Both the position numbers and the translations under genes were made by a program. From Mobula hypostoma (taxonomy: Eukaryota): a stretch of 64,000 bases of DNA. Each line of letters starts with the position of its first letter. Position 1 is the first letter of the stretch. A model generated the notes under the pieces. It was not told the origin of the DNA, ran no database searches, and saw nothing but the letters and a program-made list of their open reading frames with translations. The stretch spans positions 108,192,001-108,256,000 of the forward strand of contig NC_086097.1 of the NCBI RefSeq assembly GCF_963921235.1, written 5' to 3'. Of the stretch, positions 35,909-49,730 are shown one piece after another.

Positions 35909-38900
35909 CACACCACCAACACCCCACCCCACCACCATCCCACCCCACCACCACCCCACCCCACCACCATCCCACCCCACCACCACCCCACCCCACCACC
36001 ATCCCACCCCACCACCAACACCCCACCCCACCACCATCCCACCCCACCAACACCCCACCCCACCACCATCCCACCCCACCAACACCCCACCCCACCACCA
36101 TCCCACCCCACCACCATCCCACCCCACCAACACCCCACCCCACCACCATCCCACCCCACCACCATCCCACCCCACCAACACCCCACCCCACCACCATCCC
36201 ACCCCACCAACACCCCACCCCACCACCATCCCACCCCACCACCATCCCACCCCACCACCATCCCACCCCACCACCATCCCACCCCACCACCACCCCACCC
36301 CACCACCATCCCACCCCACCACCATCCCACCCCACCACCATCCCACCCCACCACCATCCCACCCCACCACCAACACCCCACCTCCCACCCCACCAACACC
36401 CCACCCCACCACCAACACCCCACCCCACCACCATCCCACCCCACCACCATCCCACCCCACCAACACCCCACCCCACCACCATCCCACCCCACCAACACCC
36501 CACCCCACCACCATACCCACCCCACCAACACCCCACCCCACCACCATCCCACCCCACCAACACACCACCCCACCAACACCCCACCCCACCACCATCCCAC
36601 CCCACCAACACCCCACCCCACCACCAACACCCCACCCCACCACCATCCCACCCCACCACCATCCCACCCCACCAACACCCCACCCCACCACCATCCCACC
36701 CCACCACCATCCCACCCCACCACCATCCCACCCCACCAACACCCCACCCCACCACCATCCCACCCCACCAACATCCCACCCCACCACCATCCCACCCCAC
36801 CAACACCCCACCCCACCACCATCCCACCCCACCAACACCCCACCCCACCAACACCCCACCCCACCACCATCCCACCCCACCACCACCCCACCCCACCACC
36901 ATCCCACCCCACCACCATCCCACCCCACCAACTCCCACCCCACCAACACCCCACCCCACCACCATCCCACCCCACCACCATCCCACCCCACCAACACCCC
37001 ACCCCACCACCATCCCACCCCACCAACACCCCACCCCACCACCATCCCACCCCACCACCATCCCACCCCACCACCATCCCACCCCACCAACACCCCACCC
37101 CACCACCATCCCACCCCACCAACATCCCACCCCACCACCATCCCACCCCACCACCATCCCACCCCACCAACATCCCACCCCACCACCATCCCACCCTACC
37201 AACACCCCACCCCACCACCATCCCACCCCACCACCACCCCACCCCACCACCATCCCACCCCACCACCATCCCCACCCCACCAACACCCCACCACCATCCC
37301 ACCCCACCACCATCCCACCCCACCACCACCCCACCCCACCACCATCCCACCCCACCACCATCCCACCCCACCAACACCCCACCCCCCACCACCATCCCAC
37401 CCCACCAACACCCCACCCCACCACCATCCCACCCCACCACCATCCCACCCCACCACCAACACCCCACCCCACCACCATCCCACCCCACCACCATCCCACC
37501 CCACCAACACCCCACCCCACCACCATCCCACCCCACCAACACCCCACCCCACCAACACCCCACACCACCACCATCCCACCCCACCACCAACACCCCACCA
37601 CCATCCCACCCCACCACCAACACCCCACTCCACCACCATCCCACCCCACCAACACCCCACCCCACCACCATCCCACCCCACCAACACCCCACCCCACCAC
37701 CATCCCACCCCACCAACACCCCACCCCACCACCATCCCACCCCACCAACACCCCACCCCACCAACACCCCACCACCATCCCACCCCACCACCATCCCACC
37801 CCACCAACACCCCACCCCACCACCATCCCACCCCACCACCATCCCACCCCACCACCATCCCACCCCACCAACACCCCACCCCACCACCATCCCACCCCAC
37901 CACCACCCCACCCCACCACCATCCCACCCCACCACCATCCCACACCACCACCAACACCCCACCCCACAACCATCCCACCCCACCACCATCCCACCCCACC
38001 AACACCCCACCCCACCACCATCCCACCCCACCACCAACACCCCACCACCAACACCCCACCCCACCACCATCCCACCCCACCACCATCCCACCCCACCACC
38101 AACACCCCACCCCACCACCATCCCACCCCACCACCATCCCACCCCACCAACACCCCACCCCACCACCATCCCACCCCACCAACACCCCACCCCACCAACA
38201 CCCCACCCCACCACCATCCCACCCCACCAACACCCCACCCCACCAACACCCCACCCCACCACCATCCCACCCCACCACCATCCCACCCCACCACCATCCC
38301 ACCCCACCACCATCCCACACCACCACCAACACCCCACCACCATCCCACCCCACCACCATCCCACCCCACCACCATCCCACCCCACCAACACCCCACCCCA
38401 CCACCATCCCACCCCACCACCACCCCACCCCACCACCAACACCCCACCCCACCACCAACACCCCACCACCATCCCACACCACCAACACCCCACCCCACCA
38501 CCATCCCACCCCACCAACACCCCACCACCATCCCACCCCACCACCATCCCACTCCACCACCAACACCCCACCACCAACACCCCACCCCACCACCATCCCA
38601 CCCCACCACCATCCCACCCCACCAACACCGCACCCCACCACCATCCCACCCCACCACCATCCCACCCCACCAACACCCCACCCCACCACCATCCCACCCC
38701 ACCACCACCAACACCCCACCCCACCACCATCCCACCCCACCACCACCCCACCCCACCACCATCCCACCCCACCACCATCCCACCCCACCACCATCCCACC
38801 CCACCAACACCCCACCCCACCACCATCCCACCCCACCAACACCCCACCCCACCACCATCCCACCCCACCACCATCCCACCCCACCACCATCCCACCCCAC

Positions 38901-41900
38901 CAACACCCCACCCCACCACCATCCCACCCCACCACCATCCCACCCCACCAACACCCCACCCCACCACCAACACCCCACCACCATCCCACCCCACCACCAC
39001 CCCACCCCACCACCATCCCACCCCACCACCATCCCACCCCACCAACACCCCACCCCACCACCATCCCACCCCACCAACACCCCACCCCACCACCATCCCA
39101 CCCCACCACCATCCCACACCACCACCATCCCACCCCACCACCATCCCACCCCACCAACACCCCACCCCACCACCATCACACCCCACCACCAACACCCCAC
39201 CCCACCACCATCCCACCCCACCACCACCCCACCCCACCACCATCCCACCCCACCACCAACACCCCACCCCACCACCACCCACCCCACCACCACCCCACCC
39301 CACCACCATCCCACCCCACCACCATCCCACCCACCACCACCCCCACCACCATCCCACCCCACCACCATCCCACCCCACCACATCCCACCCCACCAACACC
39401 CCACCCCACCACCATCCCACCCCACCAACACCCCACCCCACCACCACCACCACCCCACCACCAACACCCCACCACCATCCCACCCCACCAACACCCCACC
39501 CCACCACCATCCCACCCCACCAACACCCCACCCCACCACCACCCCACCACCATCCCACCACCACCATCCCACCCCACCAACACCCCACCCCACCACCATC
39601 ACCCCACCACCACCACCACCCCACCCCACCACCACCCCACCCCACCACCATCCCACCCCACCCCCCACCCCACCACCAACCACCCACCCCACCACCATCC
39701 CACCCCACCAACACCCCCACACCACCCCACCACCCCACCAACACCCACCCCACCACCATCCCACCCCACCACCATCCCACCCCACCACATCCCACCCCAC
39801 CACCACCCACCCCACCACCACCCCACCCCACCACCATCCCCACCCCACCACCACCCCACCCCACCACCAACACCCCACCACCATCCCACCCCACCACCAC
39901 CCCACCCCACCACCATCCCACCCCACCACCATCCCACCCCACCACCATCCCACCCCACCACCATCCCACACCAACACCCCACCCCACCACCACCCCACCA
40001 CCATCCCACCCCACCCACCCCACCACCACCCCCCACCACCATCCCACCCCACCACCATCCCACCCCACCACCATCCCACCCCACCACCATCCCACCCCAC
40101 CAACACCCCACCCCACCACCATCCCACCCCACCACCACCCCACCACCACCCACCACCACCACCCACCACCATCCCACCCCACCCACCACCCCACCCCACC
40201 ACCAACACCCCACCCCACCACCACATCCCACCCCACCACCACCCCACCCCACCACCATCCCACCCCACCACCATCCCACCCCACCACCATCCCACCCCAC
40301 CACCATCCCACCCCACCAACACCCACCCCACCACCATCCCACCCCACCACCATCCCACCCCACCACCCACCCCACCACCATCCCACCCCACCACCACCAC
40401 CCCACCCCCCCACCACCACCATCCCACCCCACCACCATCCCACCCCACCACCATCCCACCCCACCACCACACCTCCCACCCCACCACCATCCCACCCCAC
40501 CACCACCCCACCCCACCACCATCCCACCCCACCACCATCCCACCCCACCACCACCCCACCCCACCACCATCCCACCCCACCACCATCCCACCCCACCACC
40601 ACCCCACCCCACCACCATCCCACCCCACCACCACCCACCCCACCACACCCACCCCACCACCATCCCACCACCCCACCCACCCACCACAACCACCACCATC
40701 CCACCAACCCCCACCACCACCATCCCACCCCACCACCATCCCACCCCACCACCATCCCACCCCACCACCCCCACCCCACCACCACCCCACCCCACCAACA
40801 CCCCACCCCACCACCATCCCACCCCACCACCACCCCACCCCACCACCACCCCACCCCACCACCATCCCACCCCACCACCATCCCCCCCACCCCACCACCA
40901 CCACCACCCACCCCACCACCACCCACCCCACCACATCCCACCCCACCACCATCCCACCCCACCACCATCCCACCCCACCACCACCCACCCCACCATCCCC
41001 CACCCCACCACCACCCCACCCCACCACCATCCCACCCCACCACCATCCCACCCCACCACCACCACCCCACCCCACCACCATCCCACCCCACCACCATCCC
41101 CACCCCACCACCATCCCACCCCACCAACACCCCACCCCACCACCATCCCACCCCACCACCATCCCACCCCACCAACACCCCACCCCACCACCATCCCACC
41201 CCACCACCATCCCACCCCACCACCATCCCACCCCACCACCATCCCACCCCACCACCACCCCACCCCACCACCATCCCACCCCACCACCATCCCACCCCAC
41301 CACCACCCCACCCCCCCACCCCACCACCATCCCACCCCACCACCATCCCACCCCACCACCACCCACCCCACCACATCCCACCCCACCACCATCCCACCCC
41401 ACCACCACCCACCCCACCACATCCCACCCCACCAACACCCACCCCACCACCAACCCACCCCACCACCATCCCACCCCACCACCACATCCCACCCCACCAC
41501 CACCCCACCCCACCACCACCACCCCACCCCACCACCACCCCACCCCACCACCATCCCACCCCACCACCACCCCACCACCACCCCACCCCACCCCACCACC
41601 CCCACCCCACCACCATCCCACCCACCACCCCCACCACCATCCCACCCCACCACCATCCCACCCCACCACCACACCCCACCCCACCACCATCCCACCCCAC
41701 CACCATCCCACCCCACCACACCCCACCCCACCACCATCCCACCCCACCACCCCCACCCCACCACCACCCACCCCACCACCATCCCACCCCACCACCATCC
41801 CCACCCCACCACCATCCCACCCCACCACCATCCCACCCCACCACCATCCCCCACCCCACCACCATCCCACCCCACCACCATCACCCCACCCCACCACCAT

Positions 41901-44900
41901 CCCACCCCACCACCACCCCCACCACCATCCCACCCCACCACCATCCCACCCCACCACCAACACCCCACCCCACCACCATCCCACCCCACCAACACCCCAC
42001 CCCACCACCATCCCACCCCACCACCACCCCCACCCACCACCACCATCCCACCCCACCACCATCCCACCCCACCACCATCCCACCCCACCACCACCCCACC
42101 CCACCACCATCCCACCCCACCACCATCCCACCCCACCAACACCCCACCACCATCCCACCCCACCACCATCCCACCCCACCACCACCCCACCCCACCACCA
42201 TCCCACCCCACCACCCCCACCCCACCACCATCCCACCCCACCACCATCCCACCCCACCACCACCCACCACCATCCCACCCCACCACCACCCCACCACCAT
42301 CCACCACCACCACCCCACCCCACCACCATCCCACCCCACCAACACCCCACCCCACCACCATCCCACCCCACCACCCACCCCACCACCATCCCACCCCACC
42401 ACCACCCCCCACCCACCACCACACACCACCATCACCCCACCCCACCACCATCCCCACCCCACCACCACCCACCCCACCAACACCCCACCCCACCACCACC
42501 CACCCCACCACCACCCACCCCACCACCATCCCACCCCCACCCCACCACCATCCCACCCCACCACCACCCCACCCCACCACCATCCCACCCCACCACCACC
42601 CCACCCCACCACCACCCACCCCACCACCACCCACCCCACCACCATCCCACCCCACCACCATCCCACCCCACACCCCACCCCACCCACCCACCCCACCACA
42701 CCCACCCCACCACCACCCCACCCCACCACCATCCCACCCCACCACCATCCCACCCCACCACCATCCACCCCACCACCACCACCCCACCCCACCACCATCC
42801 CACCCCACCACCACCCCACCCCACCAACACCCCACCCCACCCCACCACACCCCCCCACCACCATCCCACCCCACCACCATCCCCACCCCACCACCACCCA
42901 CCCCACCACCATCCCACCCCACCACCATCCCACCCCACCACCCCCACCCCACCACCATCCCACCCCACCACCACCCACCCCACCACCACCCCACCACCAT
43001 CCCACCCCACCACCCCCACCCCACCACATCCCACCCCACCACCACACCCACCCCACCACCACCCACCCACCCCACCAACCCACCCCACCCCACCACCACC
43101 ACCACCCACCCCACCCCACCCACCACCACCACCCACCCCACCACCATCCCACCCCACCACCACCCCACCCCACCACCATCCCCACCCCACCACCACCCCA
43201 CCCCACCACCATCCCACCCCACCACCACACCCCACCACCACACCCCACACCCACCACCACCACCACACCCCACCCCACCATCCCACCCCACCACCACCCA
43301 CCCCACCACCACCCCACCCCACCACCACACCCCACCCCACCACCATCCACCCCACCACCACCCCACCCCACCCACCACCCCACCCCACCACCATCCCACC
43401 CCACCACCACCCACCACCCCACCCCACCACCACCCCACCACCACCACCCCACCACCATCCCACCCCACCCAACCACCCCCACCCCACCACCATCCCACCC
43501 CACCACCACCCACACCCCACCACCATCCACCCCACCAACACCCCACCCCACCACCATCCCACCCCACCACCACACCCCACCCCACCACACCCCACCACCA
43601 TCCCACCCCACCACCACCATCCCACCCCACCACCACCCACCCCACCACCATCCCACCCCACCAACACCCCACCCCACCACCATCCCACCCCACCACCACC
43701 AACCACCATCCCACCCCACCAACACCCCACCCCACCACCATCCCACCCCACCACCACCCCACCCCACCAACACCCCACCCCACCACCACCCACCCCACCA
43801 CCACCCCCACCCCACCACCATCCCACCCCACCACCACCCCACCCCACCACCATCCCACCCCACCACCATCCCACCCCACCACCATCCCACCCCACCACCA
43901 CCCCCACCCCACCACCACCCACCCCACCACACCCACCCCACCACCACCCACCCCACCACCACCCACCCCACCACCATCCCCACCACCACCCCACACCACC
44001 CACCCCACCACCACCACACCCACCCCACCAACACCCCACCCCACCACCAACACCCCACCCCACCACCATCCCACCCCACCAACACCCACCACCACCCCCA
44101 CCATCCCACCCCACCAACACCCCACCCCACCACCATCCCACCCCACCAACACCCCACCCCACCACCATCCCACCCCACCACCACCCACCCCACCAACCCC
44201 CACCCCACCAACACCCCACCCCACCACCATCCCACCCACCACCCCCACCACCACCACCACCACACCCACCCCACCAACACCCCACCCCACCACCCACCCC
44301 ACCACCCCACCACCACACCCACCCCACCACCACCCCCACCACCATCCCACCCACACCCCACCCCACCACCATCCCACCCCACCACCACTCCCACCCCACC
44401 ACCATCCCACCCCACCACCATCCCACCCCACCACCACCCCACCCCACCACCATCCCACCCCACCACCATCCCACCCCACCAACACCCCACCCCACCACCA
44501 TCCCACCCCACCACCACACCCCACCACCACCACCACACCCACCCCACCACCAACCCACCCCACCATCCCACCCCACCACCACCACCCACCCCCCCACCCC
44601 ACCACCATCCCACCCCACCACCACCCACCCCACCACCACCACCCCACCACACCCCACCACACATCCACCCCACCACCACCACCCCACCACCACCCACCCC
44701 ACCACCATCCCACCCCACCACCCCACCACCACATCCCACCCCACCACCATCCCACCCCACCACCATCCCACCCCACCACACCACACCCCACCCCACCACC
44801 ACCCCACCCCACCACCACCCACCACCATCCCACCATCCCACCCACCAACACCCACCCCACCACCATCCCACCCCACCAACACCCCACCCCACCACCATCC

Positions 44901-47900
44901 CACACCACCAACACCACCACCCCACCACCACCACACCCACCCCACCACATCCCACCCCACCACCACACCCCACCACCACCCACCACCCACCCCACCACCA
45001 TCCCACCCCACCCACCCACCCCACCACCCCACCACCCCACCACCAACACCCCACCCCACCACCACCCACCCCCCACCACCATCCCACCCCACCACCATCC
45101 CACCCCACCACACACCCACCCCACCACCATCCCACCCCACCACCACCCCACCCCACCAACACCCCACCCCACCACACCCCACCCCACCACCATCCCACCC
45201 CACCACCAACCCCACCCCACCACCATCCCACCCCACCAACACCCCACCCCACCAACACCCCACCCCACCACCAACACCCCACCACCATCCCACACCACCA
45301 ACACCCCACCCCACCACCATCCCACCCCACCAACACCCCACCCACCACCATCCCACCCCACCACCATCCCACCCCACCACCATCCCACCCCACCAACACC
45401 CCACCCCACCCCACCACCCCACCCCACCACCACCCACCCCACCCCACCACCATCCCACCCCACCACCACCCACCCCACCACATCCCACCCCACCACCATC
45501 CCACCCCACCACCATCCCACCCCACCACCATCCCACCCCACCACCATCCCACCCCACCAACACCCCACCCCACCAACACCCCACCCCACCACCATCCCAC
45601 CCCACCACCATCCCACCCCACCACACCCACCCCACCACCAACCCCACCCCACCACCATCCCACCCCACCAACACCCCACCCCACCACCATCCCACCCCAC
45701 CACCATCCCACCCCACCAACACCCCACCCCACCACCATCCCACCCCACCACCACCCACCCCACCACCACACCCCACCCCACCACCATCCCACCCCACCAC
45801 CATCCCACCCCACCAACACCCCACCCCACCACACCCACCCCACCACCATCCCACCCCACCACCATCCCCCACCCCCACCACCACCCACCCCACCCACCAC
45901 CACACCCCACCCCACCACCATCCCACCCCACCACCACACCCCACCCCACCCCACCACCATCCCACCCCACCACCACCCCACCCCACCACCACCATCCCAC
46001 CCCACCACCATCCCACCCCACCAACACCCCACCCCACCACCATCCCACCCCACCACCATCCCACCCCACCACCAACACCCCACCCCACCACCATCCCACC
46101 CCACCACCATCCCACCCCACCACCATCCCACCCCACCAACACCCCACCCCACCACACCCACCCCACCACCACCCACCCCACCACCATCCCACCCCACCAC
46201 CACCCCACCCCACCACCATCCCACCCCACCACCAACACCCCACCCCACCACCATCCCACCCCACCACCATCCCACCCCACCCACCACCACCCCACCAACA
46301 CCCCACCCCACCACCATCCCACCCCACCAACACCCCACCCCACCAACACCCACCCCACCACCACCCCACCCCACCACCACCCACCCCACCACCACCCACC
46401 CCACCACCATCCCACCCCACCACCACCCCACCACCCCACCACCACCATCCCACCCCACCAACACCCACCCCACCACCATCCCACCCCACCAACACCCCAC
46501 CCCACCACCATCCCACCCCACCAACACCCCACCCCACCACCATCCCACCCCACCAACACCCCACCCCACCACCATCCCACACCACCAACACCCCACCCCA
46601 CCACCATCCCACCCCACCAACACCCCACCACCACCACCACCACCCCACCAACACCCCCACCCCACCAACACCCCACCACCACCAACCACCCCACCACCAC
46701 CCACCACCACCACCACCCCACCCCACCACCATCCCACCCCACCAACACCCCACCCCACCACCATCCCACCCACCAACACCCCACCCCACCACCATCCCAC
46801 CCCACCAACACCCCACCCCACCACCATCCCACCCCACCACCCCCACCCACCACCATCCCACCCCACCAACCACCCCACCCCACCACACCCCACCCCCACC
46901 CACCATCCCCCACCCCACCACCACACCCCACCCCACCACCCACCACACCCCACCACCATCCCACCCAACACCCCACCCCACCACCATCCCACCCCACCAA
47001 CACCCCACCCCACCACCATCCACCCCACCACCACCAACCCACCACCACCACACCCCACCCCACCCCACCACCAACACCCCACCCACCACCCCACCCCACC
47101 ACCACCCACCCCACCACCACCACCCACCCCACCACATCCCACCCCACCACCATCCCACCCCACCACCACCCCCATCCCACCCCACCAACACCCCACCCCA
47201 CCACCATCCCACCCCACCACCATCCCACCCCACCACCACCCCACCCCACCACCAACACCCCACCCCACCCCAACACCCCACACCCCACCCACCACCACCA
47301 TCCCACCCCACCAACATCCCACCCCACCAACACCCCACCCCACCACCATCCCACCCCACCAACACCCACCCCACCCCACCCCACCACCCCACCCCACCCC
47401 ACCCCACCCCACCACCACACCCCACCCCACCACCATCCCACCCCACCACCATCCCACCCCACCACCACCCACCCCACCACCACCCCACCCCACCACCACC
47501 ATCCCACCCCACCACCCCACCCCACCCCCCACCCCACCACCACCCCACCCCACCACCACACCCCACCCCACCACCATCCCACCCCACCACCACCCACCCC
47601 ACCACCATCCCACCCCACCAACACCCCACCCCACCACCATCCCACCCCACCACCAACACCCCACCCCACCAACATCCCACCCCACCACCATCCCACCCCA
47701 CCACCAACACCCCACCCCACCACCATCCCACCCCACCACCATCCCACCCCACCAACACCCCACCCCACCAACACCCCACCCCACCAACACCACCCACCCC
47801 ACCACACCCCACCAACACCCCACCCCACCACCATCCCACCCCACCACCACACCCCACCCCACCAACCATCCCACCCCACCACCACCCCACCCCAACCACA

Positions 47901-49730
47901 CCCCACCCCACCAACCCACCCCACCCCACCCACCCCACCACCACACCCACCCCACCACCCCACCACCACCCCACCCCACCACCATCCCACCCCCACCCCA
48001 CCACCATCCCACCCCCACCAACCATCCCACCCCACCACATCCCACCCCACCACATCCCCACCCCACCAACATCCCACCCCACCACCATCCCACCCCACCA
48101 CCATCCCACCCCACAACCCCCACCACCACACCACCCCACCACCATCCCACCCCACCAACACCCACCCCACCACCATCCCACCCCACCACCATCCCACCCC
48201 ACCACCATCCCACCCCACCACCATCCCACCCCACCACCATCCCACCCCACCACCATCCCACCCCACCACCATCCCACACCCACCACCACCACCCACCACC
48301 CCACCCCACCACCATCCCCACCCCACCACCACCCCACCCCACCAACCACCACCACCATCCCACCCCACCACCATCCCACCCCACCAACACCCCACCCCAC
48401 CAACATCCCACCCCACCACCATCCCACCCCACCACCATCCCACCCCACCAACACCCACCCCACCAACACCCCACCCCACCACCATCCCACCCCACCACCA
48501 CCCCACCCCACCACCATCCCACCCCACCAACACCCCACCCCACCAACATCCCACCCCACCACCATCCCACCCCACCACCAACACACCCCCACCATCCCAC
48601 CCACCACCATCCCACCCCCACCAACCCACCCCACCCCACCCCCCACACCACCACCAACCCACCCCACCACCAACCCACCCCACCACCACCACCACCCACC
48701 ACCACCCCCCACCACCAACACCCCACTCCACCACCATCCCACCCCACCAACACCCCACCCCACCACCATCCCACCCCACCACCATCCCACCCCACCAACA
48801 CCCCACCCCACCAACATCCCACCCCACCACCATCCCACCCCACCACCAACACCCCACTCCACCACCATCCCACCCCACCAACACCCCACCCCACCACCAT
48901 CCCACCCCACCACCAACACCCCACACCACCACCATCCCACCCCACCACCATCCCACCCCACCACCACCCCACCCCACCACCACCCACCCCACCACCATCC
49001 CACCCCACCACCATCCCACCCCACCACCCCCACCCCACCAACACCCCACCCCACCACCACCCCACCCCACCACCATCCCACCCCACCACCATCCCACCCC
49101 ACCACCATCCCACCCCACCAACACCCCACCCCACCACCATCCCCACCCCACCACCATCCCACCCCACCACACCACCCCACCACCACCCACCCCACCACCA
49201 TCCCACCCCACCAACACCCCACCCCACCACCATCCCACCCCACCACCATCCCACCCCACCAACACCCCACCCCACCACCACCCCACCACCATCCCACCCC
49301 ACCACCATCCCACCCCACCAACACCCCACCCCACCACCATCCCACCCCACCACCATCCCACCCCACCACCATCCCACCCCACCACCATCCCACCCCACCA
49401 CCACCCACCCCACCCCCACCCCACCACCATCCCACCCCACCAACACCCCACCCCACCACCACCCCACCCCACCACCACCCCACACCACCCACCCCACCAA
49501 CACCCCACCCCACCACCATCCCACCCCACCACCATCCCACCCCACCAACACCCCACCCCACCAACATCCCACCCCACCACCATCCCACCCCACCACCATC
49601 CCACCCCACCAACACACCCCACCACCATCCCACCCCACCACCCCACCCCACCACCATCCCACCACCCCACCCCACCACCCCCACCCCACCCACCAACACC
49701 CCCACCACCATCCCACCCCACCACCATCCC
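35909..49730. repeat. Giant C/A-rich minisatellite, ~13.8 kb, 16-bp core
   Basis: Units CCCACCCCACCACCAT, CCCACCCCACCAACAC and CCCACCCCACCACCAC plus length variants; about 860 unit-equivalents by length. I found only one G on the + strand (38630). Confidence 0.98.

Noticed and set aside
35909..49730. Telomeric array, CRISPR array or immunoglobulin switch region
   Set aside because: No TTAGGG, no unique spacers, no AGCT motifs and no Ig exons nearby.
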